Source: Candidatus Fermentimicrarchaeum limneticum
GTDB lineage: Archaea; Micrarchaeota; Micrarchaeia; Burarchaeales; Fermentimicrarchaeaceae
Length of the DNA stretch: 64,000 nucleotides
Assembly: GCA_013426015.1 (NCBI GenBank)
Contig: CP058998.1
Span: 920,142-984,141 of the forward strand
Direction of reading: 5' to 3'
Made by a program: the position numbers and the translations under genes. The notes under the pieces are model-generated. The model was not told where the DNA came from, ran no database searches, and saw only the letters and a list, made by a program, of their open reading frames with translations. Every line of letters begins with the position of its first letter. The first letter of the stretch is position 1. Positions 1 through 9,665 of the stretch are shown one piece after another.

Positions 1-183
1 CCCCTTCTGTTCAAAAGCCACGAGATTGAGCTTCTTGAATTCCTTCAGCAGCTTCGTTGTGTGGACGTATGTCGTACCGGATGCCAGTGCGAGGTTGGAA
101 GCGTACCACTCCTTCGAAGTGTCCTTAAGCTGCAGCAGTATTGAAAGCGGCTTGCTTCTGAATAACAACTCCCTCAGAGCCAT
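1..183 (-). CDS. Winged-helix DNA-binding protein (partial, runs off the left edge)
   Basis: Manual translation from ATG at 183: MALRELLFRSKPLSILLQLKDTSKEWYASNLALASGTTYVHTTKLLKEFKKLNLVAFEQKG, a wHTH pattern. Not in the ORF track. Confidence 0.7.
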   Translation of the reverse strand, partial: MALRELLFRSKPLSILLQLKDTSKEWYASNLALASGTTYVHTTKLLKEFKKLNLVAFEQKG

Positions 184-274
184 AGAGGACCTCGTAATTC
201 TATCTAGCTCACTTGTTAAAAACGTAAGCTTTTTAAATAGAAAAGTGAAAAAGTGAGTTGTAAGTGGTGATACA

Positions 275-568
275 ATGACTATGAGGCTCTCTCGGTTATA
301 TGGAATGGATATATACAGCGACGCAGGAAAATATCTCGGAAGAGTTATAGATCTGATTCTTGATCTGGAGAAAGGGGAAGTTGTAAGGATGACAATGCAG
401 CCTCTCACAACGGTGAGTAGAGAGGAAGCGAGGAAGATACTGAGGGAGGCCAGCGTGCTTTACAAGAATGTGAAGTCCGTTGAGGATGTCGTTGTTGTGA
501 CGAAGGGGACTGCCGCTGAGAAGCTGATGGAACTCCCCGAGGAAGAGGTAAGGGGTTACGGCAGGTAG
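275..568 (+). CDS. PRC-barrel domain protein
   Basis: RLSRLYGMDIYSDAGKYLGRVIDLILD is the typical PRC-barrel N-terminus. Confidence 0.85.
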   Translation: MTMRLSRLYGMDIYSDAGKYLGRVIDLILDLEKGEVVRMTMQPLTTVSREEARKILREASVLYKNVKSVEDVVVVTKGTAAEKLMELPEEEVRGYGR

Positions 569-570
569 GC

Positions 571-1155
571 TCATTCTAAGTCGGCGTGGAGCTTCTTGAG
601 CTCGTCCTCACTTTTCTGGTAACGCAGCATTAGCTCGTCTATTATGGAGTCCAGAAACACCATTGCGGACAGTTCAAATAGGGTGCCGAGCGGAGTGAGC
701 GGCTCGTGGTTGCCTATGAGCTGCCTCGCCTCGTAATCCCTCTTTGCGTCCTCTGGGCGCCTTCCCTTTATCTGGACTATTACATCAGAAAGTTTGCCTA
801 TGTCCGAGTTAGGGTTTGAGGTGATGCTGACTATTTTCACACCCTTCTCCTTTGCGATCCTTGCGGCAACCACCACGGAGATTGTCTGGCCCGAACCTGA
901 AACGATGATGAGCAAATCCTCCTTGTTTATCGCTGGTGTGATGACCTCACCGATAACATAAACGGTGAAGCCCAGGTGCATCAGCCGCATGCCGAATGCT
1001 TTTGCGACAAGGCCGCTCCTTCCTGCACCGCCGATGAATATCCTCTTTGCGTTGGTGAGGGATTCGACAAGCTGGTCTATGCTCTTCCTGTCTATCGCAC
1101 TGAGTTGCTCCTCTATTTTCTGGGTGAGTTTTTCCATTCTTGTGTGTATTGTCAT
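571..1155 (-). CDS. hxlB: 6-phospho-3-hexuloisomerase (SIS domain)
   Basis: GAGRSGLVAKAFGMRLMHLG, SGSGQT, PLGTLFE and C-terminal HADLE motifs. Confidence 0.9.
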   Translation of the reverse strand: MTIHTRMEKLTQKIEEQLSAIDRKSIDQLVESLTNAKRIFIGGAGRSGLVAKAFGMRLMHLGFTVYVIGEVITPAINKEDLLIIVSGSGQTISVVVAARIAKEKGVKIVSITSNPNSDIGKLSDVIVQIKGRRPEDAKRDYEARQLIGNHEPLTPLGTLFELSAMVFLDSIIDELMLRYQKSEDELKKLHADLE

Positions 1156-1190
1156 ACTAACCCTCCCAATGAATGGAGGATATTTACCTT
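1051..1190. repeat. Diverged direct repeat, copy A (hxlB 5' end plus prs 3'-end remnant)
   Basis: Matches 5558-5697 at offset 4507, with a 38-bp identical core (1100-1137 = 5607-5644). Upstream of hxlB the minus strand reads KVNILHSLGGLV*, like the prs end KINILDSLGGML*. Confidence 0.85.
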
Positions 1191-1415
1191 TTTAGGTTGA
1201 TTGTGTTTATTAAGGTAATCGCACTACTCAAAGCACGTCATCTAGCCATCAGCAGTTGGGAAAAAATAAAATCAGTATGGTGCACTGCTGGTTCTGATTG
1301 CAGTAATAGTTTGAGTAGCAGTCTGCAGTTGTTGTTCTACTTCTATATTCGCGCTTCTGAAAAATGACGCGAGACGCGTGAGAATATTATTTATATCTTC
1401 TGTCTAATTAATACT

Positions 1416-2273
1416 ATGGAAAAACACCTTCTTGTGAGCCCGAACTGCGCCGACCTATGCGCGCCAAATTTCGAAATAAAAAAATTCCCTGATTGCGAGA
1501 ACTACGTCTACATCCCAGATATCGACAAGCTCGAGGGCAAGGATGTCGTCCTTCTCCATAGGTGCTACCCGGATCAGGACTCGAGGTTATTCCAGTTATT
1601 TCATATTCTTGAGGTTGTCAGACCTCTCGCCGCGCGCGTAACCGCGCTAGTCCCGTATCTTCCCTACGCACGCAAGGACGAGAAAGTCCGGAAAGGCGAG
1701 GTGAAATCTGCGAGTTTGATATGTGGGATGCTCGCGAACGCAGGCCTGAACGAGCTCGTCACGTTCGACTGCCATTTCATGCAGGAGGGTGAGGGAAAGA
1801 AGAACTATGTAGGTTTGAACATAGACAACCGCTCGCTCGCGCCTGAGCTCCTCGCGTATGTGAAGCCGAAAGTGAGCAATCCTGTTTTTATATCTCCTGA
1901 TATCGGCACTGCGTATATGGTGAAAAAGGTCGGTGGGGTGAGTATGGAAAAAACCCTTGGCGATTATGTACACGGGCCAGTGACATTCAGACAGATAATC
2001 GAGGAGAAATTGGATTTCGATGTGACTGGGAGGGATGTCATCCTTATAGACGATATGATAATCGCGGGCGAGACGATGATACGCGCGGCGCAAGTGTGTA
2101 AGAAAGGAGGCGCGAAACGAATTATATGCGCTGCTGTTCACGGCCTGCTCGTGAGCTGCGCGTTCGACAAGATACGCGCCGCGGGCGCGAAGGAAATCGT
2201 TGTAAGCGACAGCATACTCGGACCCGCGGCAGTTGTGAGCGTGAAGAGAAGGCTCACGGACTATTTACCTTAA
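1416..2273 (+). CDS. prs: Ribose-phosphate pyrophosphokinase family protein (divergent copy)
   Basis: FPDCENYV, PYLPYARKD, SPD and DDMI motifs; PRPP-binding loop atypical (DDMIIAGET). Confidence 0.8.
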   Translation: MEKHLLVSPNCADLCAPNFEIKKFPDCENYVYIPDIDKLEGKDVVLLHRCYPDQDSRLFQLFHILEVVRPLAARVTALVPYLPYARKDEKVRKGEVKSASLICGMLANAGLNELVTFDCHFMQEGEGKKNYVGLNIDNRSLAPELLAYVKPKVSNPVFISPDIGTAYMVKKVGGVSMEKTLGDYVHGPVTFRQIIEEKLDFDVTGRDVILIDDMIIAGETMIRAAQVCKKGGAKRIICAAVHGLLVSCAFDKIRAAGAKEIVVSDSILGPAAVVSVKRRLTDYLP

Positions 2274-2319
2274 TATATTTTTTCATTCAATTATTTAACG
2301 CGTTATGCAGGATGGTTAG

Positions 2320-2979
2320 ATGGTTGAGGTCGTCCCTGCCATATTAGTAAAAAGCAGAGAGGAATTACTAGAGTGCATAGCGCGCGTTAGGGAAAGCGTT
2401 TCGGTCGTGCATATAGACATGATGGATAACGAGTTCGTGCCGAATAAAACCATCGGGCTCGAAAGCCTTGCTGAGCTGCCGAATGGCGTCTCGTACGAGT
2501 TTCACTGGATGGTGAAAAACCCGGAGAGATGGATCGCGAAAATAAACGGAAACCGTCTCCATCTCGTGCACGTGGAGACTATAAACAAAGAAAACTGGGG
2601 CGCGCTCAAAAAAATCTGCGCGAGGTCGGGTTGTCGGCTCGGGCTCGTGCTCAATCCGGAGACAACAATAGAAAAAATTATGCCATACATAAAAGATGTT
2701 TCACGCGTGTTGGTGATGGCCGTTCATCCTGGGTTTTATGGGCAGAAATACATCCCTGATGTTGAGGAGAAAATCCGCGCGCTGCGCGCTAGGTTCCCGA
2801 AATTGGAGATAGAAGTCGACGGCGGAGTGAACCCCGAGACTGCCGGGCGCGCGTGCGGCGCTGGCGCGAACGTTCTCGCCGCCGCGAGCGCGGTATACTC
2901 CGCAAAAAATCCGCTCGAGGCGATTAAAAACATATCCGCCGCCGGCGCGAGCGGTGCGAAAACTGTTACTGGTGAATAG
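2320..2979 (+). CDS. rpe: Ribulose-phosphate 3-epimerase
   Basis: HIDMMD..FVPN, HWMV, LNPET, MAVHPGFYGQ and VDGGVN motifs. Confidence 0.9.
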   Translation: MVEVVPAILVKSREELLECIARVRESVSVVHIDMMDNEFVPNKTIGLESLAELPNGVSYEFHWMVKNPERWIAKINGNRLHLVHVETINKENWGALKKICARSGCRLGLVLNPETTIEKIMPYIKDVSRVLVMAVHPGFYGQKYIPDVEEKIRALRARFPKLEIEVDGGVNPETAGRACGAGANVLAAASAVYSAKNPLEAIKNISAAGASGAKTVTGE

Positions 2980-3894
2980 ATGGTTGACGACACCTCAAAG
3001 CAAATGCTTCTTGAAACTGGCCAGCCGGGCGCGGGATTGAAGAAAATAAATGATATAAAAAAACTCCGCCTGATCGCGAATGGCGTGAGGCAGAGCGTCG
3101 TGAAAATGCTCCACCAGGCGAAATCAGGACATTCCGCAGGCTCCATCGGGCTCGCGGACATATTCACCGCTCTTTATTTCAACATACTAAATCATGACCC
3201 TAAAAATCCAACATGGCCTGGGAGGGACAGGCTTGTTCTCTCAAACGGCCACGTGTGCCCGGTGATGTACGCGGTGATGGCAGAGGCCGGTTATTTCCCG
3301 AAGGAGGAGCTCATGTCCCTGAGGAAACTGGGCTCGCGCTTGCAGGGCCATCCGCACCGCGGCTCGCTCCCGGGAATCGAGAACAGCTCAGGCCCTCTCG
3401 GTCAGGGACTCTCGATAGCCGTCGGAATGGCGCTCGTAGCGAAAAGGGAGAGAAAAAGCTGGAGGGTCTACTGCGTGTGCTCTGACGGCGAGCATGATGA
3501 GGGGCAGATATGGGAGGCAGTCCTTCTCGCATCGAAATTCAAGCTTGGAAATCTAACGGCGCTCATGGACAGGAACAACATACAGATCGATGGATTTACG
3601 GAGAATGTTCTCCCGCTCGAGCCGCTTGCGGAAAAATACCGCGCGTTCGGCTGGCACGTGCTCGAGGTTGACGGGCACAACATAGAACAGATTATAGGCG
3701 CGTGCAGCGAGGCGAAAAAAGTAATCGATAGGCCCACGATGATAATCGCGCATACCGTTCCCGGGAAGGACATCTCGTTTATGGAGTTCATCACAGATTG
3801 GCACGGCAAACCGCCCGGCGACAAGGAGACTACGACCGCGCTTGGCGACCTCGAGGAGGAGAGAAAGTTTTATGGGAGCGAGAGCGGTGTTTGA
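2980..3894 (+). CDS. Transketolase, N-terminal subunit
   Basis: SGH, DRLVLSNGH, LQGHP, SGPLGQG, SDGEHDEG (TPP-binding) and WHGK motifs. Confidence 0.92.
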   Translation: MVDDTSKQMLLETGQPGAGLKKINDIKKLRLIANGVRQSVVKMLHQAKSGHSAGSIGLADIFTALYFNILNHDPKNPTWPGRDRLVLSNGHVCPVMYAVMAEAGYFPKEELMSLRKLGSRLQGHPHRGSLPGIENSSGPLGQGLSIAVGMALVAKRERKSWRVYCVCSDGEHDEGQIWEAVLLASKFKLGNLTALMDRNNIQIDGFTENVLPLEPLAEKYRAFGWHVLEVDGHNIEQIIGACSEAKKVIDRPTMIIAHTVPGKDISFMEFITDWHGKPPGDKETTTALGDLEEERKFYGSESGV

Positions 3895-4896
3895 ATGGCG
3901 AACTCGTCGAAAATAAACAAGGAGATGGCGCTGATAGACTCGATAGACGCGCCCCAAGCGAAAAAGCCGAGCAGGGACGGGTTCGGCAAGGCGCTTGTGG
4001 AGCTGGGCGCGGAAAATACGAATGTTTGGGTGATGACCGCGGACGTCTCGGAGAGCACGAGGACGCACTGGTTCGCGGAGAAATTTCCCGAAAGGTTTGT
4101 CCAGGTCGGCGTCGCCGAGCAGAACCTCGCCGGAGTGGCTGCAGGAATCGCGTCGTGCGGGAAAACCGTTTTTATTTCTGCTTACGGGGTTTTCTCACCC
4201 GGTAGAAACTGGGACCAGTTGCGCGTGGCGATATGCTACAACGACGTGCCAGTAAAGCTTCACGGCTCGCACACCGGAATAACTGTTGGACCCGACGGTG
4301 CGTCTCACCAGGCGCTCGAGGACATCGCAATTGTGCGCGTTCTTCCGAACATCACGGTAATCGTGCCCGCGGACGCAGAGGAGGCGAGGAAGGCGACTCT
4401 TGAAGTTGCGAAATGCGAGGGTCCTGCGTATATACGGACTTGCAGGGAAAAAATGCCGATATTCACCACCGCAGGGACGCCATTCGCGATTGGAAAGGCG
4501 AACGTTTACAGATTCGGCGATGACGTCGCAATTTTCGCGTGCGGTCCGCAGGTTTATGAATCAATTCTCGCAGCAGAGAAGCTCGAGAGCGAAGGCATCT
4601 CGTGCGCGGTTGTCGACTGCCACACGATAAAACCAATTGATGTTGAGGCTGTAAAATACTGGGCTGGGAAAACAAAATTTCTCGTGAGCGTTGAGGAGCA
4701 CCAGGTGAGCGGCGGGCTGGGGGGGGCGCTCGCCGAGGTTGTGAGCGAGTTCGCACGCGCGCATGCGTGCACGCTTAAGCGTCACGGGATAAACGATATT
4801 TTCTGCGAGTCGGGCGAGCCGCTCGAGCTCCTGAAAAAATACGGGCTCGATGCCGATGGGATAGCGCGCTTCGTGCGCGAGAATTGTATCCAATAA
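3895..4896 (+). CDS. Transketolase, C-terminal subunit
   Basis: GVAEQN, GPDGASHQALED, TIKPID and EEH..GGLG motifs. Confidence 0.92.
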   Translation: MANSSKINKEMALIDSIDAPQAKKPSRDGFGKALVELGAENTNVWVMTADVSESTRTHWFAEKFPERFVQVGVAEQNLAGVAAGIASCGKTVFISAYGVFSPGRNWDQLRVAICYNDVPVKLHGSHTGITVGPDGASHQALEDIAIVRVLPNITVIVPADAEEARKATLEVAKCEGPAYIRTCREKMPIFTTAGTPFAIGKANVYRFGDDVAIFACGPQVYESILAAEKLESEGISCAVVDCHTIKPIDVEAVKYWAGKTKFLVSVEEHQVSGGLGGALAEVVSEFARAHACTLKRHGINDIFCESGEPLELLKKYGLDADGIARFVRENCIQ

Positions 4897-4911
4897 ATTG
4901 GAGGTGAAAAA

Positions 4912-5565
4912 ATGAAATTTTTTCTTGACACTGCGAACGTGGAACAGATAAAGAGGGCCGTAAAGGCAGGCGTTGTTGATGGGGTTACCACGAACCCGAC
5001 GCTAATTGCAAAGGAAGGGAGAAGCCAGCACGCGCTCATAAAGGAGATAGCCGCGCTCGTGAAAGGCCCCGTTTCAGTTGAGGGGAACGGGACAACGTGC
5101 GACGAGCTTGTGAAGGAGGCGGAGGTTTATTCGAAGTGGGCGCCGAACATCGTCGTCAAAATTCCAATGACCGAGGAGGGGATGAAGGCCGTGCGCGTTC
5201 TAGAGAAAAAAGGAATACGCACGAACGTGACGCTCGTCTTCAGCCCGAGCCAGGCGCTCATCGCCGCGAAGGCAGGCGCGAGCTTCGTCTCCCCCTTCAT
5301 AGGGCGGCTTGATGATAACTCAATGGATGGGATGGGGCTGGTGCGCGACATGATGCAAATCTACAAGAATTACGGCTTCAACACGCAGGTGATAGTCGCG
5401 AGCATACGTCATCCTCTTCACGTAGTCGAGGCCGCGAGGGCAGGCGCGCACATTGCCACAATACCGGCGGATGTCCTCGCGAAGATGTGGAATCATCCTC
5501 TCACGGACGCGGGCATAAAAAAGTTCAGGGAGGATTTCGCTAAGGTGGAGGGGAAATATTTGTGA
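4912..5565 (+). CDS. tal: Transaldolase (TalC/FSA type)
   Basis: [34 protein letters not shown] and HPLTD.G motifs; RBS GGAGGTGA. Confidence 0.92.
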   Translation: MKFFLDTANVEQIKRAVKAGVVDGVTTNPTLIAKEGRSQHALIKEIAALVKGPVSVEGNGTTCDELVKEAEVYSKWAPNIVVKIPMTEEGMKAVRVLEKKGIRTNVTLVFSPSQALIAAKAGASFVSPFIGRLDDNSMDGMGLVRDMMQIYKNYGFNTQVIVASIRHPLHVVEAARAGAHIATIPADVLAKMWNHPLTDAGIKKFREDFAKVEGKYL

Positions 5566-5662
5566 GCGCATCAACGAACTGGTCTATGCTCTTCCTGCCA
5601 ATTGCGCTGAGTTGCTCCTCTATTTTCTGGGTGAGTTTTTCCATCCGTATATGTATTGTCAC
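5540..5662 (-). pseudogene. Truncated hxlB 5' fragment (direct repeat copy B, 5558-5697)
   Basis: GTG start overlaps the prs stop and reads [35 protein letters not shown], then loses homology and stops. Confidence 0.8.
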
Positions 5663-6522
5663 AGCATCCCTCCCAATGAGTCGAGTATGTTTATTTTCGA
5701 GGCGGTGGATTTTATTGAATTGCTTACGATAACTTCTTTTGCGCCAGCTCTTTTTAACCTTTTAAGCGAGCCGTGTAGGAACAGGCCATGCGATGCGCCG
5801 CAGCGGATTGAGTTCGCCCCGAGCTTCTTGCAGGCTGCTACTGCCTTGAGCATGGTGCTCCCTGTGCTGATCATGTCATCAATGATAACAACATCCTTTC
5901 CTTTCACGTCAAACCTCACCTCAACTTTGGGTTTCCTGTATATTGTTTTTCCTTTTGAGTAGGTTCCGCGCATCTTCTGCATAACCCCCCAGTCTGCTTC
6001 CTTTGCAACAAGATAGGATGCACCTTCATCTGGCGAAATTATCTTTGGGGAGTACAACCTTTTTTTGAAGTGCGAGAGAATTTTCTTTGAAAGCGAAATG
6101 TTCCTTATCCTCAAACCACCGTAGTTGAATGTTCCTTCTTTTTTGAGGAAGTGGCAGTCGAATGTTATAAGCTCGTCACAGCCGCTCTTCACCAGAAGAT
6201 TGCATATTATTTTTGAGCTGAGCGCCTCACCTTTCAGGAAGAGCTTATCCTGCCTTGCGTAGGGGAGATAGGGAACAATCGCCCTGACGCGGGATGCTCC
6301 GCCCTCTTTCAATGTCCGCAGTATGAGCAGGAGCTGGATAAGGGACCTGTCCTGCCCGGGGTAGCAGCGGTGGATGACAGTTACTGCCTTCCCGTGGAAT
6401 TGGGCGGGTATGCGCACGTAGTTCTCGCCATCTGGGAATTGCTTGATTATTATTTTTGAGCGTGAAGTTGGTTTGCTCATAAAATCGTAAGAATTAGGGG
6501 TCAGAAGCAATAGGTGCTCCAT
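5659..6522 (-). CDS. prs: Ribose-phosphate pyrophosphokinase
   Basis: FPDGENYV, PYLPYARQD, SPDEGA and DDMISTGST motifs. Confidence 0.9.
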   Translation of the reverse strand: MEHLLLLTPNSYDFMSKPTSRSKIIIKQFPDGENYVRIPAQFHGKAVTVIHRCYPGQDRSLIQLLLILRTLKEGGASRVRAIVPYLPYARQDKLFLKGEALSSKIICNLLVKSGCDELITFDCHFLKKEGTFNYGGLRIRNISLSKKILSHFKKRLYSPKIISPDEGASYLVAKEADWGVMQKMRGTYSKGKTIYRKPKVEVRFDVKGKDVVIIDDMISTGSTMLKAVAACKKLGANSIRCGASHGLFLHGSLKRLKRAGAKEVIVSNSIKSTASKINILDSLGGML

Positions 6523-6574
6523 GAGTATATTTAGTGGGGCTTAAATAATATTCTTTTCGTTTGAAAAAATAAAG

Positions 6575-6784
6575 TTACTCAATTGAGGCGGTTTCGCCAA
6601 CAAGGTTGCTCCACTCCACCTTCTTTATAATGATGGATTTTTTCTTTGGGTCAAGTTTTATGACAACCGCGTCCTTCTCATCAAGCGGGAAATTCGGGTT
6701 CTTTATTACCTCGGTGGGAAAGTAGATATGAAGTCCACTGCCCTGCCTTCTAATCTTGCTAAGGAAGTGTTCCTCTTTATCCAT
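6575..6784 (-). CDS. Small AbrB/MazE-like swapped-hairpin DNA-binding protein
   Basis: 69 aa; KIRRQGSGLHIYFPTEV pattern; RBS upstream. Confidence 0.6.
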   Translation of the reverse strand: MDKEEHFLSKIRRQGSGLHIYFPTEVIKNPNFPLDEKDAVVIKLDPKKKSIIIKKVEWSNLVGETASIE

Positions 6785-6838
6785 TAGCTACCACCTTCAC
6801 CTATTTACTTTCGTGCTTAGGTTATATAAATATGCGCT

Positions 6839-7288
6839 TTAGAGTAGAAGCTCGTTTGCCTCGAAAGCCATCTCGCAGAACCCGCAGCGGTATTTGCTGC
6901 TCTTGGAGTTCTCCATCCGGAAGATTGTCTCTATTGGCTCCAAGTTGGTGATGCACTGCGGGTTGGGGCATTTGGAAACCCCAAGCAGTTCCTTTGGGAG
7001 CTGCACGACCTTCTTCTCAACCACGTTGGCCTTCCTGATGATGTTCAATGTTGCATTTGGGGCAACAAGCGCGATTCTGTTGACTGCCTTCTCGTCAAGC
7101 TGTTTCCCTTCCACCTTCACTATGTCCTTCTTCCCAATCTTCTTGCTGGGAACGTTCATCATCAGTGCAACTCTGGCACCGTAGGTTCTGTCAATCTTCA
7201 ATATCTCAAGCACCTTCAGACCAAGCCCTGCGGGTATGTGGTCAATCACGGTTCCGTTCTCAATTTTTTCTACTACAAGAGGCATCAA
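6839..7288 (-). CDS. pyrI: Aspartate carbamoyltransferase regulatory subunit
   Basis: IENGTVIDHI, KDIVK, CPNPQCIT and CGFC zinc motifs. Confidence 0.95.
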   Translation of the reverse strand: MMPLVVEKIENGTVIDHIPAGLGLKVLEILKIDRTYGARVALMMNVPSKKIGKKDIVKVEGKQLDEKAVNRIALVAPNATLNIIRKANVVEKKVVQLPKELLGVSKCPNPQCITNLEPIETIFRMENSKSSKYRCGFCEMAFEANELLL

Positions 7289-8199
7289 ACCACCATCGAA
7301 TCCATTATCGCCATCCTCACTGGTATCCCCATCCTCGCTTGTTCGTAATAATACGCGTATTTGCTCTGGTCGACTTCTGGGGCAACTTCATCAACTTTCG
7401 GGAGCGGGTGCATTATTATCAGGTCATCCTTCACCCCCTTTATTGCATCTGCGGTTATCCTGAACTCCTTCTGCACCTTCTCCGCTTCGTATTGGTCGGA
7501 GAAGCGCTCCTTCTGGATTCGGCAGAGGTAGAGCACATCTGCACCTGAGAAGTCCATCTTTGACTTCTCCTCTACTTTTGCGCCGAACCTGTCCTTGACC
7601 TCATTTATCACTTCCCTGCTCATCTCCAATCCTTTCGGTGCAATGAGGGTGACATTCGCACCGTACATTCCCAGCCCATGCATAAGGGAACGCATTGTTC
7701 TTGCATGCTTCAAATCCCCTAGTAGTGTGACGTTCAGTCCCTCAATCTTCTTCTTTGCTCGTTTTATTGTGTACATGTCAAGCAGCGTTTGTGTGGGGTG
7801 CTGGTTCCCGCCGTCCCCACCGTTTATGACAGGATGGTCGGCAAGCTGGGCTGCATACCTTGCTGAACCCTCGTTGGCATGCCTCACGACAATGAGGTCA
7901 GAGTAACCGTCCACCATGCGTATGGTATCTGAGAATGTTTCTCCCTTTACTATGGAGCTCACTCCTACGTTCTCGAAGCTCAGGACTTTGGCGCCAAGCC
8001 GCATTGCAGCGGACTGGAAGGACAGCCGGGTTCTGGTGCTCGGCTCGAAGAATAGTGTCGCTACAACCTTTCCCCCGAGTGAACTGAGTTTCTTCTTCTC
8101 TTTCAGCGCCTGCTCCATTTCGGAGGATTTTTTCAAAATCAGATCGATGTGTTTTTTCTCCAAATCCCTAATAGAAATCAGATCCTTGACAAATTCCAT
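7285..8199 (-). CDS. pyrB: Aspartate carbamoyltransferase catalytic subunit
   Basis: FFEPSTRTRLSF, HPTQTLLD, RIQKERF and HPLP motifs. Confidence 0.95.
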   Translation of the reverse strand: MEFVKDLISIRDLEKKHIDLILKKSSEMEQALKEKKKLSSLGGKVVATLFFEPSTRTRLSFQSAAMRLGAKVLSFENVGVSSIVKGETFSDTIRMVDGYSDLIVVRHANEGSARYAAQLADHPVINGGDGGNQHPTQTLLDMYTIKRAKKKIEGLNVTLLGDLKHARTMRSLMHGLGMYGANVTLIAPKGLEMSREVINEVKDRFGAKVEEKSKMDFSGADVLYLCRIQKERFSDQYEAEKVQKEFRITADAIKGVKDDLIIMHPLPKVDEVAPEVDQSKYAYYYEQARMGIPVRMAIMDSMVV

Positions 8200-8249
8200 T
8201 GAACCCAAGTGGATTATTTTAAAAAGCAGGATATATAAATGTTAGTTTT

Positions 8250-8858
8250 ATGAGAGGCAAACTAATCTGTCTTGAGGGAATTGACGGCTCCGGCAAGGAG
8301 ACGCAGCTCAAGCTCGTTCTGAAGTTTTTGAAGGGGAGAAGGGTGAGGGTGTACAAATACCCTGATGTGAAGAGCATGTTGGGGAGGATAATTGGTGATT
8401 TTCTTAGGAAGAAGGTGGAACTCACTCCACTGTCACAGTTCTTCATCTACATGCTGGACATAGCGAAGGACCAGGGGGAGATTGAGAGGAAGCTGGAGAG
8501 CGGTGAAATCGTCGTGCTGAGCAGGTACATGTACTCGACAATTGCCTACCAATGCAGCAAGGGAGTCCCTTTTGAGAAGGGAGTTGAAATGATTGAGTCG
8601 ATGAATTTCGCCAAGCCCGACTTGGTTGTGCTGCTTGACGTCCTGCCTGAGGTTGCGATGGAGAGGAAGAGCAGGCAGAAGGAGATGGACAGGCACGAGG
8701 AGGACGCAGAACTTCTCAGAAAAGTCAGGGAGAACTATCTCACGCTATATGATATGAATTTTCTTTCTAAGAAGTGGGTGAAGGTTGAAGCGGAAGTAAA
8801 GCCCCAGGAAGTGTTCGAGATAGTGAAGGATTTTATAGCTCAATTGCTTAAAGAGTAG
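8250..8858 (+). CDS. tmk: Thymidylate kinase
   Basis: EGIDGSGKETQ P-loop, SRY..STIAYQ and PDLVVLLDV. Confidence 0.9.
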   Translation: MRGKLICLEGIDGSGKETQLKLVLKFLKGRRVRVYKYPDVKSMLGRIIGDFLRKKVELTPLSQFFIYMLDIAKDQGEIERKLESGEIVVLSRYMYSTIAYQCSKGVPFEKGVEMIESMNFAKPDLVVLLDVLPEVAMERKSRQKEMDRHEEDAELLRKVRENYLTLYDMNFLSKKWVKVEAEVKPQEVFEIVKDFIAQLLKE

Positions 8859-8863
8859 TCCTA

Positions 8864-8953
8864 GCTCCAGTCGTCTAGTCCGGTCAAGGATCTCGGCCTT
8901 TCGAACTCAGATGAAGAAAGCCGGCGACCCGGGTTCAAATCCCGGCTGGAGCA
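8864..8953 (+). tRNA. tRNA-Glu(TTC) with 15-nt intron at 37/38 (8904-8918)
   Basis: Acceptor stem GCTCCAG/CTGGAGC, T-arm CCGGG-TTCAAAT-CCCGG, anticodon TTC at 8900-8902; intron pairs as a bulge-helix-bulge (BHB) motif. Confidence 0.92.
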
Positions 8954-9613
8954 TCACACCAGATTCAGCAATTCCGTCAGGTTGTTTATTATGTAGTCAG
9001 GCTTCTCCTTCTCCAGCATTTCCCTCTTCTGCGGTCCTGTTGTGACACATGCCATTTTCACTCCCGCATTCCGGGCGAATTTTATATCCGAAACAGTATC
9101 TCCAATGTAAAGACATTTGTTTTTGTCCGTGATGTTCAGTTTTTTCAGTGTGAGATACATTGCATTGGGATATGGGCGCGGCTTATCTGCATCTTCAAAA
9201 GCAACCAGCACTGGGAAGTATTTCAGGATATTGAACTGCTTCAGCAAAACGCGAGCCTCGCTGCGCCCCATTCCGGTCTGGCATGCAGTCCTAACCCGTC
9301 TTGCGTTCAGCTCATCCAAGCATCTGTCCGCTCCGGGCATGATTCGGAACTTGCCCAGAAATTTGCGCGGGTATTCCTTTTCAAAAGATTTATAGCATCT
9401 CATAGTTACGGAATCTACATCCTTTCCCGTATAGGCCTCAGAAACCACGTTCCTCAATACGTTGAGGTGGCCTATCCCGAAATGGATGAATATCCTTTCA
9501 TCTGGTGGCACGGGCAACCGGCTCGTCTTCAGCGTGTCTTTTACTGCCTCCAGCAGCGCATCTTCTGTCCTTATGAGGGTGCCGCCTATATCGAAGATAC
9601 ATACCTCAATCAT
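8954..9613 (-). CDS. HAD-superfamily hydrolase (phosphoglycolate phosphatase-like)
   Basis: FDIGGTL (second Asp absent), KPRPYP and YIGDTVSD motifs. Confidence 0.8.
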   Translation of the reverse strand: MIEVCIFDIGGTLIRTEDALLEAVKDTLKTSRLPVPPDERIFIHFGIGHLNVLRNVVSEAYTGKDVDSVTMRCYKSFEKEYPRKFLGKFRIMPGADRCLDELNARRVRTACQTGMGRSEARVLLKQFNILKYFPVLVAFEDADKPRPYPNAMYLTLKKLNITDKNKCLYIGDTVSDIKFARNAGVKMACVTTGPQKREMLEKEKPDYIINNLTELLNLV

Positions 9614-9665
9614 ACCCTGTATATCCAAGGGAAAGTATATAACCCTGAATTGGTAAAGTTATTTT

